Source: a virus. Taken from it: a stretch of 64,000 nucleotides of DNA. The stretch is from IMG/VR virus record IMGVR_UViG_3300043466_001759, positions 8,859-72,858 of that record, one strand, 5' to 3'. The translations under genes and the position numbers were made by a program. Below, piece after piece: positions 28,601 to 36,262 of the stretch; the stretch's first letter is position 1; each line of letters opens with the position of its first letter. The notes below the pieces were generated by a model that worked only from the letters and a program-made list of their open reading frames with translations, was not told the origin of the DNA and did no database searches.

Positions 28601-31230
28601 CCGACACGAACGACTGGAGCCCCTCCACGAGGATGCCAAGCATTGTCCAATACGGACTTGTTGACTCCCCTTCCTCCACTCCAGTCTCTTACTCTCGCTG
28701 AGTAGTTCTTCCATATCTTGGAACCGAGGCCTTCACCGCCAGTTGCTCGCCCTGTACTGTCGACCAGCCCAGCACCTTCTGACGTTGTCCATGGATGAGA
28801 CATGCCGCTAATCATCACGGTAGTGTCGCCATCCTCAAACCCCATGCCTCGCATCTCTTTTTCCAAGCTCGAGACGCCCTCAATGGTTCTCTTTTCACCA
28901 ATCAAGTTACTCTTAGATCTTTCGTACTGGTCTTTATACCGAGCGTCACTCTTTCTTACTGGACCACCCTCAGAGCCTTTAAACAACTCTTGACGTTTCG
29001 ACTCTATCTCATCTTCTGAGAGCTGATAGGAGTCTGCCGCAGGAACATCCTTTGCATCGGACGACTTCGCAGCCGACTCAGCCGGAACAGAGGCCTTCTG
29101 ACTTGGGAACGCCGTTCTTGCCTGTTCCCATTGCTCTCGCCTTTGATTCTCGTCTGGTGCTTGCGATGCATTGGAGTCATCACCAAAGATGATCTCTGAC
29201 CACTGCTCGGGACTAGGTGCACTTTCTAAGCCAGCAAATTTCCGACGTATCTTGTCATACTCTTGCTTGTCTGATGGGTTATCAAACACTGGCTCTTCCT
29301 GCTTAGCTACTGACGTTGCGTCAGCTGGCTTTGATCCTGTGCCTTCACTCGAAGATCGCTGTAGCTCCTCTCCTCCGTCCTTTACTTTCTGATACACATT
29401 CCTGGCTGCATCCATACTTGAATGCTCGCTGGAATAGATCTGCTTACCACTCCCAGTTTCAACAGAACGAACTACCCACTTCTTTCCGTCTTCAGACTCA
29501 AAGAGCTCGTGGCGAACACCATTGTCAAGTTCTGTGATTTCATCAAGCTTCTTTGCTGGCTTTCCGGCGATCGACACCTTCTCGTCACCGCCGACTGCAT
29601 CACTTAGCGGCTGGCTTACTGGCTGACCGGTAGGAACAGGCCCTACTTGGCTTTCGGCCTGGGCTGCTTCTTCTGCGACTGGCTGGACTTCTTGCCTGCC
29701 TTGGGCTTGGATTTCCCCGCCTTGAGGCTCGCTTTGGGGTCGTACGGCATTCTGTTCTCCTTGGTCGACTTCTGGTGGACCAGCAGGCAATGACTGATCA
29801 GACGAAGCCTGAGAGGCCCTGTCATTTATGAGTTTCTGTCCTGCCTCCCACTGCTCTCTCCGGACATTTGCATTGGGAACTGTCTTGTCATCACGAAGAC
29901 CGGGATCACCCAGTACGATCTTAGCCCACTCGCTACGGCTTGGGGGCTCTTTAAGGCTTCCTATCTGAATCGATATGTCATCTATTTTTTGTTGGTCTTC
30001 AGGACTTACCTCATCAGCCGATTGTTTTGCAACAACCTCTGCGTCGTTTCCAGTATTGACGTCACCAGTCGGAGCAGGCGACTGGCCGACTGGCGCGATT
30101 GCGACCCCTTCAGCAGGCAGCTGATCAACCACTTGATCGTCAGGAACCTTCCTTCCTGTTCTTTTACCGACAGCGGCAGATAATCCACTTTGTGCACCAC
30201 TGATTACGCCACCACCTAAAGCACCCGCAGCCGACGCTTCGAACCATTTCATCCAGGTTTCTCGATCCGTAATCTTGTGATTCGGATCAACTATCTCTGC
30301 ATTTATGCTCTGCAGCATCTCCTGGAAGCCCTCCTGGACGCCTTCCGAGCCAGAGCTCTTTACAGCGTCCCACAGATAAGCAGCTGCCGCTTTATTCCCA
30401 GATTGCTTTGCTATTTCGCCAGCGCCTATCTTGTTGATGAATTTCATCAAAGACGGGGTCGCTCCAAATGCAACTTCGGATGCTCCAGATACTTGACCTA
30501 ACAACAGTGCTGTAAAAGGACTGTCGATACCCTTCTCTCTTTGTTCGCCATACATGCCACCGCCTTCATGTAAAGCTGTGACCTGCTGGGAGGCGACTGC
30601 ACCGCCAGCCTTTTTAGCTAAAGAATTGTAAACAAGCTTCTTGGCGGATTCCTCTGCAACTTCTTTTGTAGCTCCTCTGATTACATACTCTTTAGCTATG
30701 TCCGCGATCTTTTTCTTAATTGCTGTTTTTCCAAGAAAGCCAGTGATAGCACCGACAGGAACAGTAGCAACGTCAGCAGGATCAGGACCAGGAACCAACA
30801 TAGAACCCGCTGCTGCACCAACGATCCCAGTACCAACAGATTCTGCTATAGATGGAGCTAACTCCCCTAGAGTACCAGCTGCCCATGTTGCCATGTTTCC
30901 AGGGCCTGCCATAGCACCTGTCTTTTCATCAGTAGAAAAGAAGTCTGTGACTGTCTTTGGGTTTTCAGACGCCTGCTCCATTTCCTTCTGATATTTTTTG
31001 AAACGTTCTCTAGCTGCAGATTCATTGCCCATTGCGGAGTGGTACGCGGCAATACCACCGTGATAGGTAGCCTGCGTCTGGTCGATGCCTCGCAGCAAAC
31101 CTCGATACGCTTCGCTTCTGTTTTTTAAGTTGTCTTGAGTTCTTACCGCAGACTCTCTCTTGATCCTCATCAAAGAAAGTTGGTCAGCGAACTCTCCGTC
31201 GTCCATAACATCAACTTCAGGTGTTGCCAT
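16642..31230 (-). CDS. giant polyvalent virion/ejection protein (4862 aa)
   Basis: Uninterrupted ORF at the end of the tail module; two ART-like domains (AFKKWFGD..YHGT..GYDG..QIKSAT), HEAFH zincin motif, RAVHDAFGH, GNAT-like LDAFDT..LY...GF, glycosylase-like KIGSFYNNL..TMDLW..QALMW. Confidence 0.85.
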   Translation of the reverse strand: MATPEVDVMDDGEFADQLSLMRIKRESAVRTQDNLKNRSEAYRGLLRGIDQTQATYHGGIAAYHSAMGNESAARERFKKYQKEMEQASENPKTVTDFFSTDEKTGAMAGPGNMATWAAGTLGELAPSIAESVGTGIVGAAAGSMLVPGPDPADVATVPVGAITGFLGKTAIKKKIADIAKEYVIRGATKEVAEESAKKLVYNSLAKKAGGAVASQQVTALHEGGGMYGEQREKGIDSPFTALLLGQVSGASEVAFGATPSLMKFINKIGAGEIAKQSGNKAAAAYLWDAVKSSGSEGVQEGFQEMLQSINAEIVDPNHKITDRETWMKWFEASAAGALGGGVISGAQSGLSAAVGKRTGRKVPDDQVVDQLPAEGVAIAPVGQSPAPTGDVNTGNDAEVVAKQSADEVSPEDQQKIDDISIQIGSLKEPPSRSEWAKIVLGDPGLRDDKTVPNANVRREQWEAGQKLINDRASQASSDQSLPAGPPEVDQGEQNAVRPQSEPQGGEIQAQGRQEVQPVAEEAAQAESQVGPVPTGQPVSQPLSDAVGGDEKVSIAGKPAKKLDEITELDNGVRHELFESEDGKKWVVRSVETGSGKQIYSSEHSSMDAARNVYQKVKDGGEELQRSSSEGTGSKPADATSVAKQEEPVFDNPSDKQEYDKIRRKFAGLESAPSPEQWSEIIFGDDSNASQAPDENQRREQWEQARTAFPSQKASVPAESAAKSSDAKDVPAADSYQLSEDEIESKRQELFKGSEGGPVRKSDARYKDQYERSKSNLIGEKRTIEGVSSLEKEMRGMGFEDGDTTVMISGMSHPWTTSEGAGLVDSTGRATGGEGLGSKIWKNYSARVRDWSGGRGVNKSVLDNAWHPRGGAPVVRVGKMQNGSFVEDKERTAQIRGVLEEALNFSQAKPSDKKSTDTTSAPKESKKSMGRENKLNAKSSESVPPPSKTGSTPPLLPKSATPPPLKQRTSSGDKSPAQVEAKSSDAVSVEPVRNQEDKDAPQTKRGGDPSEVQTEERREGQTNAQTKAEGQVSPEKPEGQATAGTPSSDSSSSKQKEAPKPPARPKRDSNEASKPKEESRKKAVAEKYLNELSPGQREAIAKSLTESLGTEVTVNDLVNNPGLVDAIVAISPARKSKTKPKKAASSRNRQAAKEDVPKQLGNVTLVSSEELSDDEKQQVKILDKMGVSMRFVNGRDLSLPGLFRPSTMTIWINRNYVTNMNRERGENSKWMTWGLFAHEAFHAMKVGNPEAWNQLYNWVSKHESSKEQDGLKKAGEDYIGDFDRELLSSVRADIKRSGKAVDVDKDVSGQDLLKAALKAGLKYDIFNKDGSLKEKGDLSQKTKDLSDFINEFNSNEDIRQEESLSRYLEDRAGDFDFWNELGNSKPGLLAKIGRWLRKALRFAEPDTLAGQVRLAIESAMESNGISPSSGGRASPARSSENQDSEASRVAEIRESARSATPDEHDALIAIANKHSKRDFVKSDITPSRIKNLKSNGLVVGSKLTPEGLDRLRSWDKKRKQAIAREAKLAGVDPDMAVYGLRVEKNKPWLLTEDIISNGIDTSLIPQDLEARSDSQKNNLKRTKWDVAQWLQSLYKKASGHSLSPNSKHSKSAKARMANQLAKEALHALKMDWAEGAIGWYNEKVTGALDHMADIFPEIVAPGKHQMMFKAALAISSDGQDVLPNFRMAVEIYERWKKTGTLSGWGHRSGVESSLDTMDKLVKKFGWERVEAFLATPLTAAQLSKHGFTVEDGIDPSISISKESFKVGGELVTARVYGSMIFGAKIGSFYNNLNYRFDTITMDLWWSRTIGRLRGKLESVNVENAQKSIDNGLRKNLSDKYLKKFGMSREDVARNDRAALRYARMLKSHNASVFTSTAISSYVSAIKKADELGSIENGSIQQFAPVDPSKLNANEKKFYGQLSEKIGNSKVAGKVSSESIAGMARDAIARRTEVNTTEFKAAKNVVVNAYGLYEIAKSGKDREVQREVAELAIKQVKEVIGKDITKADFQALMWYYEKELWGKLGLSKEIEKLDYEQAAKKVSQEHRASKRDGRRESISSGQRVSPEATGRAQSTVQSGEDAGSGRELDGGEYAGSGADGTRAGVGRQRPESAGDGRGRKDLRKNSPLAGSPSVPGINGPDPEVVAVAERYAKENGIDLKRQAEYVQVDPERAKRIADAYEQMAHAPQDPKVKAAYKELIRQTTAQYKALEDAGYKFWFMDLNVPSNAEYASSPYNALRDLRQNKQMGVFPTSDGFGTSDLDVNDNPLLEDTGIKWPSGGLDGQMKPVTANDLFRAVHDAFGHSLEGAGFRARGEENAWQAHVRLFTGDAVGAITSETRGQNSWLNYGPHGDKNRTAKVEDTTFADQKTGLMPEWTWTEGRAADYSETTDRESTDGTTEKDGSEDRSRKTRERAAVAKRSGREATATIRSRVGSNGRAWSRSEESRTLGGYGVVATYEADAAEWADVGVAAPSFVELQKSEKSASQFTAAINAARESQGKLGASVYVYPEQDYRDMRLFLTEDGKAGFALKDSGEAGVVDIVSVFNTANNAHRGVSYSMMRLAVEEGGNTLDAFDTFLPVLYSANGFRVISRAKWSDEFAPSGWSKEEYSDFNNGEPDVVFMAYDPQRTDIYRHNSGEGKAFDDIDEAVRSQRSAAIENATALDSRDLNSGLRYAIARPELAKELDKGETVTLYRAMTMIDGNLYPPMSSKINDGKKLSLRKPEPVGKWMVAEERPDLVPKTGKYAGKFPLKKPKGTTWAAYAPYFHASPIPLNDQFTASWYNDGVKRPKMVIVEVEVPASEMTSGYQAEGSSKKVGSNKWTAGVVASKLPGGREVVLSRYLRIKRIVPDAEVAKKIADIVNPSRLSIPENTVTPQLRAELEKNGVRISPKGTKGESIRYSPSRQVDSPAFKKWFGDWENDPENSSKIVWNGQPLSLYHGTKRDFNVFEGKAKTSTDGGYYGKGYYFTTDSEGAGRYAGRGDGSRILEVYVDIKNPAIINDTYRDNTADALSMSGGKLDYVDAKVAKVFNDVYDGDPTSHLDPEKSIEITKRLKEAGYDGVIVNQSDLPFAEVVAFDSSQIKSATGNRGTFDKFDPDIRYSPSRQDEMFAKLMKAMEERGLAKPGQSSLPETTGTKYARTEGQRKSVGDSPREWFGPRKVKDRQKKAIAELAANPGRPYEIISEMNAKPRPLTDMEDAILNARIRELKNEGDISGSDRKEWLDLNRTVQRGHSEWGYAGHAAQAELASDFSVEGLTRQHTSHVEADPSPEQIAKYAEMAERIDKLEAETAALAEKLAKEAIARKKAEAASVPKTDPPREKIGTKRATLMKKVADGFAAFQNAWGGGSSGRAAVSRSAITNVNGFGFGTDTLPDPSTVSRDEWLRAYMPLIMKAIPESKLSDEDIAVLGTVFGDENPFKADSKLMRMFSKWTVQSDLQERNWAEGVQALFRDRSRGTRMMLEQIASESGVEFDEDRFSDPSDYKALANSFVKYLPKYVSSNPDIGSEVTNLLDASKVILDPLEYAIKAWEDAQGGAGGSQIDTAAFKKWFGDSKVVDEDGNPLVVYHGTNEKFSVFESGRTSQRSVMLSSFDVETSGFFFSPSEDDARQYGKNVLPVYLSVQNRLMDPKVIGISSRSSEEVKAASAKAFEDAEYILEPMIYEEGGKRWIDTGGGVSNTEVDSDGDWINEIFIDGMIDWHALDNPKVVERMKERGYDGVKVYEENDGSGESWFVVESSQVKSATSNTGDFDKTNPDIRYSPSRQGTDIKSAADSIVNALREMGVSSVLELESQVKANMPNVTLEQMSVIKDAWAESNSKKKVESPIGDDPEPSAIGARAKELMTLAIEAGYGATNETWREVVDVVHAQLSIEVPGISEYDTMQAMSDYGSWRPLNKEEIAVKTRAIRGKTRQSLKIEDTIKAIAQSEEWLKNGVSPEEVARRLRDQNLLPKSTGREQPTPDSIERDLIAEFNKLKKELPVSTESREGQLKSALSTAKTAGKNRLEMLSKDIEALEEAIESRTVLARSVNDRTPLKPDAELASIRSQLEAKRKQRDDLKTEYEKIFPRSKKQRMLSAEQQTQRALKAIEKLKEKLQQVKDGKEVDSTKKPSLVAAEVQSQLKMWQDRLRAARQAAAEAEQGRYDDDGGAIPAQGGRKPMTEEQRLAMAERMLQSQIDDIKADTKSLTDGTWAPAVKGKVPTSSVLESLRAQLADLRKVRDEARKASPVYQAREEAKYWERYRKGQERRLAFWEKRRDEAKSGILPVPRNKRTITEEDILDKNLEIEKIKYEAMYEIEKAKRATWNAGQWMQYGLLEATSLIPKTLMLGMELSFFLRQGFFYSRSHPVRAFMAAVEAIPAVWSQRLALASVESLESRPNAKEYLQAEVEFTKKDGPRAQLEEMYQSAVIRWLENTKTPWLLPFRAWVGAYGAFERGNRTFANIMKADLYDIQKRDTLAAREFFGTNMEWTDSDIKEAGRITNIFSGRGTGLRGGSPWLDFFFLARRWTWSRIQADFILPLQLATPSWIGQWNADRGMRVSLAKLYIQTLMGHATKMAMGYFAYSLLAGDDEEKEPTIEWDPRSSDAWVMKVGETRFKDDGGLMPAVVLASRLLTGTIKTSSGEIKSIYGEDVQYGGKTGADFLINFARYKLGTGPASILEWVSGKDAVGRNIAKEGDPLAVPKHIIGSRLTPLTWKEIAAAEKELGVVSGTLASLEAFFGVSVSTYGPRTEYSGASDEEKKELFDKDLRGMKWDDKDLAYSDSLSGSQKKQARDAQQKKKQSLVYAASANPSRKNYKSDQAYKDAVTSRDEYMKTLKKSGISMTEARRLLIEHWEDNYGSAKETKKGVVVYKEGLSLRLRQLRKVFTN

Positions 31231-31235
31231 TTTAT

Positions 31236-33026
31236 CTAATAACCTCTATCTATTGCTTTTGGGCGCTTAGGTTTTTCTTTGTCTTTTTCTGAAGGCACAT
31301 CACCTAGGACCATTTTGGGAATGTCTTCAGAAAATTGCGAAGCCAACACTTGCGTATAGACACGCTGCTCCGCTTCTTTAGGTGTCATCTTACCAGCCTC
31401 AGCTGTTTTTTTAATAATATCCTCAACACTTGGGACGGCCTGAAAAGCCCTAACGTAAGCCTTTGGGCTGTACATGCCAAGATCGCCAGCTAACTGATCA
31501 AGGGCAACTCGCTGCTTGGTTGGCATGTCCTTCCGGTTTTTATATCTATCAGACCGACCGACTGCCTCAAACAAACCCTTGGCCCCACCCGAGAAAGACA
31601 TGCTAGCGGCTGATGCGATATCATAATCATCGACTGTCCCGTTCTCTTTTAAGTCCTGTAGCCTATCCAGAATATTTCTCCTTTCTTCTGGAGAGCTAGA
31701 CATCATTTTTTTCCCCCAAGACTCCACCCTTGTTTTCATAGGAATTGACTTTTCTTGGTTCTCTAACAATCTGATAGCCTCGGGGTCATTGGCTTCTACC
31801 ATAGCCCTCAGATTATCTAGTTCTGCGGGGTTTTTCAATTTGGCTTTGATTTCCGCCTTCTGCTCGTCAGAACCGTTCTCCAAGATGTTGTTCATTCCTG
31901 CAATGTCCATACCTGCGGGCTCAGTTGCGCCGCCCTGGCCCCCCATCTGACCGCTAGATCCAGATGGGGGTAATTGCTGACTCGCTTCGTCGTACTTACC
32001 AGACAACGCATTACCCATGAAGTCTCGCTTCCTTTTCATTCGCCTCCAAGTCTCTCTCTCCATCTCGTCTTCGCTTGCAAACGGCTTGATCTTCCCTGAC
32101 TCAATGTCTTGCTCAATCAAGCTCCTGGCTTCGGCGCTGTCGTCGATAAAGGCCTCTTGATTCTCATTGTAATACTGCTGAGCCGAAGGCGGCCCCTGCT
32201 GCTCCTGTGGTTGTTGACCTGGGATCAGCTGCTTAAGGGTCTTGTCGTAGATATCGTCTCCTTCCTTTTGAGCAGACGAATACTTGCCTGTGTTTCTGTC
32301 CCTGTAAGAGACATTTCTGTTCATCGCAACATTAGGGTCGTAGTCAGGAATGCTCATCAATATGGGCACAGCCTTCGCCATCATCTTATCTATGTAGTCC
32401 TTCTGCATCGTCTCGTTGAAGTTACCATTCGGAGCAAGGACAAAGTCCCTGGTGTTTTTAAGATCCAACAGTTTTTTTCTTGTCTCACTATCAAGATCAT
32501 CTCTTGCAAGGGCAGAATCTACTTGCCCCATGACGCTTGCCTTCTGCTCCATCGCCTGATTGTAGAGAATTGCAGAATTTTGTCTTTGTAAGGCCTCAGC
32601 TCTCACCTTGGCGTCATTATCCCACCCTGCTTGCCGAAATGTATTTTGCTGATCCCATCCTGCTTGCCGAAATGCAGTTTCTTCAGCAAGTGCGTCTTTT
32701 GCTCTTTGGGTGTCTCTATCAAACACCCTCTGCTCATTCTTAGTGTTCCTCGTGAACTCAGTATCATTCCGGTCGTTGATCATTTTCATCCGACCTCTGG
32801 CTCGCAACTCCTCGTTGATGCCAGCCTGATCTCTCCAGGCAACCATACCTATGTCGTGGTTCCTCTGTCTTTCGTTTTCAACGAGATCCTGAGCCATCTT
32901 CTGACGCTGCAGCATGAAATCCAAGCCGTACTTTCCGCCACGACCGCCACCGCCGCCACCTCCACCACCGCCGCCTCCACCGCCGCCGCCAATTCCTGCT
33001 GTATCGTGCCGTAGCGAAATGCCCAT
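31236..33026 (-). CDS. putative internal virion/ejection protein with N-terminal poly-Gly
   Basis: Q/E/R-rich helical composition; position between the tail genes and the giant protein. Confidence 0.6.
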   Translation of the reverse strand: MGISLRHDTAGIGGGGGGGGGGGGGGGGRGGKYGLDFMLQRQKMAQDLVENERQRNHDIGMVAWRDQAGINEELRARGRMKMINDRNDTEFTRNTKNEQRVFDRDTQRAKDALAEETAFRQAGWDQQNTFRQAGWDNDAKVRAEALQRQNSAILYNQAMEQKASVMGQVDSALARDDLDSETRKKLLDLKNTRDFVLAPNGNFNETMQKDYIDKMMAKAVPILMSIPDYDPNVAMNRNVSYRDRNTGKYSSAQKEGDDIYDKTLKQLIPGQQPQEQQGPPSAQQYYNENQEAFIDDSAEARSLIEQDIESGKIKPFASEDEMERETWRRMKRKRDFMGNALSGKYDEASQQLPPSGSSGQMGGQGGATEPAGMDIAGMNNILENGSDEQKAEIKAKLKNPAELDNLRAMVEANDPEAIRLLENQEKSIPMKTRVESWGKKMMSSSPEERRNILDRLQDLKENGTVDDYDIASAASMSFSGGAKGLFEAVGRSDRYKNRKDMPTKQRVALDQLAGDLGMYSPKAYVRAFQAVPSVEDIIKKTAEAGKMTPKEAEQRVYTQVLASQFSEDIPKMVLGDVPSEKDKEKPKRPKAIDRGY

Positions 33027-33071
33027 CTTAAGACTCCTATCAATGAAATACTTAATGACTCAGTTTACCAA

Positions 33072-34250
33072 TCAAGACGTTTTTACCCACCTAGTACGGC
33101 TGTATTTCCATCCTGAATCTTCAAGACTGTCACGAAAATCCGAACTTCCCCAGTCAACCAACACACCAAGATTCTCTTGCATCCACAATTTTCCTGACTC
33201 CCAGTCTTTTGTGTGCCAATTGACAGGATGATCCTCATGGAACAAGAACGGCTTGTGAAGAATATTTAATTTAACACCTAAGCTTCGCATTAACGCTGGA
33301 ACTGCGTAATCCCAAACTGGATGGCCAATCGCAAACGGAAAGTCTTTCGGTATTAAAGACGCTTGCCTTGGAGTAAAGCTAAAGGCGTCAAGACCCCATC
33401 TGAACTCGCTAACAACATGCGGAAACCCTGGATCACAGTTCCACCTGACGCCCACAAACTGATTATCTTCGTCAAACTCCAACCAGTCCTTATGCCCTCT
33501 TAATTCGCAATCACTATTAATAACCAGAACTGGCTTATCTAGCTCTACAGCTGTCCATGCAAGCCTTTGTATCCTTTGCGTCGGATACGCATAGCCCACT
33601 GACACTGCGTCATCAACAATCCAATTCAATCCTGGAAAGAATGGCGACAACGCATCAATCTCTTCCTTAGTGTTTCTTGCGTACACCTTCAGTCCAAATC
33701 TCCGCCAAGAATCAAAACAAGCTTGTTGCCTTGCTCGCGAGTACTTACTTGCTGATATAGCTGTGACTACAACTATGTCGTTTCGCTCCTCGTGGACACG
33801 ACCATCTGGATATCCAAAAACAGCCATCGCCTCATCTAGATCTAGGTTGTCTTTGTCTAGTTTTTTATTGACCGCTGACTTCAGGCTCCACTTCCATTCG
33901 AAAGAGAGTTCATTGCCTAAATGATTCTCCAGCTTCCAGTTTTTGTAAAATCTATCGCAGTCGCATCCGTACTTCGGAATCTTGGCTTCCCATCGATCTA
34001 AATCTTCGTGCGTCTCTACTGCAGTAAAGAGTTCTTCCCACAATTCGCGACCGAGCTTTGCTATGTCCTCTCGCCGTTTAACTACGACCCGTCTCGCGGT
34101 CCTGTCTTTTGTTGATAGCTGTCCAGGCCCACGATTGTCCTCCCACGCCTGAAAGAAATCTGGCCGCGTTTGGCAAAGGTGCAACAAATGAGGAGTCTTG
34201 TCAACGTTGTGTCGCGTACAGAAACCAGAAATAGAACATTCGCATCTCAT
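33072..34250 (-). CDS. Cys-rich/Erv1-like N-terminal region fused to glycosyltransferase-like domain
   Basis: IPKYGCDC..FY..W...FEWKWSLKSAVNKKLDK; IVVVTAIS...INSDCE...WDY GT-A-like pattern. Confidence 0.55.
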   Translation of the reverse strand: MRCECSISGFCTRHNVDKTPHLLHLCQTRPDFFQAWEDNRGPGQLSTKDRTARRVVVKRREDIAKLGRELWEELFTAVETHEDLDRWEAKIPKYGCDCDRFYKNWKLENHLGNELSFEWKWSLKSAVNKKLDKDNLDLDEAMAVFGYPDGRVHEERNDIVVVTAISASKYSRARQQACFDSWRRFGLKVYARNTKEEIDALSPFFPGLNWIVDDAVSVGYAYPTQRIQRLAWTAVELDKPVLVINSDCELRGHKDWLEFDEDNQFVGVRWNCDPGFPHVVSEFRWGLDAFSFTPRQASLIPKDFPFAIGHPVWDYAVPALMRSLGVKLNILHKPFLFHEDHPVNWHTKDWESGKLWMQENLGVLVDWGSSDFRDSLEDSGWKYSRTRWVKTS

Positions 34251-35452
34251 GCTGGAACCAATGTTACCCTGTAGAGAATAGTTGGACACGATGGCAAACA
34301 TCCCGCTTCAGGGCAGCAATAAGGAATGTAGCCGCTCACTCCAGGCGTTGCACACGGACCAAAAAAACATTGCAGAGTAGCATACTTATAGACAAGTGAT
34401 AAAGGCTCACAAGTAGACTCGTCGAAGTCAGGAAACTTGATGGAAGGAGTTTCGCCAGCATCGTAATCTGGATCGTCCCACTGCAAAGCAATTGATGCTG
34501 TTTGATTGTCGACACCGTTAATCAACTGCATAGTTAGCGCTCTGAACACTCGACCTTCTTCGTCGAAGTTTTCGCAGTTCAACTTAATGGCAAAGGTAGT
34601 CGTGCAGATAGTAGCATTTCCACTCAGCCATGTATCACGGTTGTTGCCAAACAAGTTAAGCAGAATCTCAAAGTCGTTTATCCCGCAAGCTGATGCGTCG
34701 ACGCTAGCATAGACGAGCTGAAATATCGCCTTCATGCTCGCTGGAAAACACTCTCTCTCAGGCTCGAACCTGTCCTCTGGCAAAAGACCCTTCAAGCAAT
34801 AGCACCCGCAGGGAACGCAAGACAGATCATCAATGGCCGTAGCCCAATACTGCCAATTGTCGAACGCGCCCTCAATGAACGCAAAGTTGCCAACGTCCAC
34901 GCCTCCAACCACATAGCATCTGCTTCCAGTCCCACCAATGCAAATTGCCGCAACGGGTATCTGGCCACCGAAACTGCCGATAGACGCTCTGAGCATGACT
35001 CCAGGCTGATAACACCCAAACGCATTCACCGAGTCCGCAGAAGTGGTGCCACCGTAGCTAGCGACTGGCCATGGATGCTCAACACTGTCGGTTGTGGACG
35101 GGCCAATCACTGTTACTTTTATTCGTGCTGTCGCCAAATCCATGTCGAGCGGCTCGAAAGTTATCTCGTAAGGTGACGTCGATGGATTCCCTGCGCGTAT
35201 CCGGTACATATCTCGAGATCGCACCTCCTTCAGCTGGAAGTTAGCGATCCAACTTCCTTCTTCATAGGCAAATGGATGGCAGATGGTCGTCGCAAGAATG
35301 CCAGGAGTCCCGTCATCTTTTATGTACTGATCGGTAAGACTCCAGTTTCCAGATATCTCATGCCACCTCCCAGAAGGAGGATTAGCATCGACCCTGTTGA
35401 AGTCATCGAGACCAAGTTCACAGCTAGGACAGCAGCAGCGTCTAGTGGCCAT
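34247..35452 (-). CDS. Cys-rich virion-associated protein
   Basis: RRCCCPSC N-terminus, DDFNR motif, many cysteines; TAATG coupling to the upstream gene. Confidence 0.7.
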   Translation of the reverse strand: MATRRCCCPSCELGLDDFNRVDANPPSGRWHEISGNWSLTDQYIKDDGTPGILATTICHPFAYEEGSWIANFQLKEVRSRDMYRIRAGNPSTSPYEITFEPLDMDLATARIKVTVIGPSTTDSVEHPWPVASYGGTTSADSVNAFGCYQPGVMLRASIGSFGGQIPVAAICIGGTGSRCYVVGGVDVGNFAFIEGAFDNWQYWATAIDDLSCVPCGCYCLKGLLPEDRFEPERECFPASMKAIFQLVYASVDASACGINDFEILLNLFGNNRDTWLSGNATICTTTFAIKLNCENFDEEGRVFRALTMQLINGVDNQTASIALQWDDPDYDAGETPSIKFPDFDESTCEPLSLVYKYATLQCFFGPCATPGVSGYIPYCCPEAGCLPSCPTILYRVTLVPA

Positions 35453-36252
35453 TATGAGCAACTTCTGTAAATGGCCGTGTTAGGATCGCAACATCTATCG
35501 TCTGCAGACCAATAACGAACAAGCTTCGTGCATTCTTTGGTTGTGTCCATAGTTACAGCCCACGATTCATGCGCCCAGATACAGTAGTTCGCTACGTTTA
35601 TATCAAATATACATCCCTTGCGATCGTGAACCCTGACTGTCTTTCCTATGATGGCCGTGTTAGACGACTCGATAACCAGAACGTCAGCGTACTTCAAATC
35701 AAGCAAGTCGGGATCTGTTTCGACGCCAGTTGCTGACACGACGCCAGTAAGAGCGTGATACTCATTGCTGTCAACGAGAAGCCAGTTAACGACGGCGTTG
35801 TTGTGATCGTAAAGAATATCGATCCTGTTTTTCAAGTCCTCTGGCTGACCACCATCTAGGCCATCCTTAGTGATCCCAGGATTCTGGCCCAATCGAGTTT
35901 CTATATCGATAGGCGATGGAGGAGTGTACATCGCATTGCCTTGTGTCGGGAGCAACGCTGGATAAACATCTGACTTTCGATAAACATCTAAGAATCGCTT
36001 TCCATACGGTTTCGCAACAGTTATCCCAGGCTTTTCCTCGTTGCCTTTTTCATAATCGACGAAACGCAACATCCTAGTGTCGAACCCTCGGCACAAGACA
36101 TAGTTCTCGTAGATATCGTCCTCGGCTATCTGCATAAGAGCGCAGTACGGCATTACACCGTACATCCTTAGATTGGCATTCTCGCCATGCACCGGATTGA
36201 ACGGAGGCGGTATCTTAAACTCTGGCGTTGGCCTCCTACGCTTACGAAACAT
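35452..36252 (-). CDS. hypothetical tail-region protein
   Basis: GAGG RBS; position in the structural operon. Confidence 0.7.
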   Translation of the reverse strand: MFRKRRRPTPEFKIPPPFNPVHGENANLRMYGVMPYCALMQIAEDDIYENYVLCRGFDTRMLRFVDYEKGNEEKPGITVAKPYGKRFLDVYRKSDVYPALLPTQGNAMYTPPSPIDIETRLGQNPGITKDGLDGGQPEDLKNRIDILYDHNNAVVNWLLVDSNEYHALTGVVSATGVETDPDLLDLKYADVLVIESSNTAIIGKTVRVHDRKGCIFDINVANYCIWAHESWAVTMDTTKECTKLVRYWSADDRCCDPNTAIYRSCS

Positions 36253-36262
36253 CGCCTACCTC

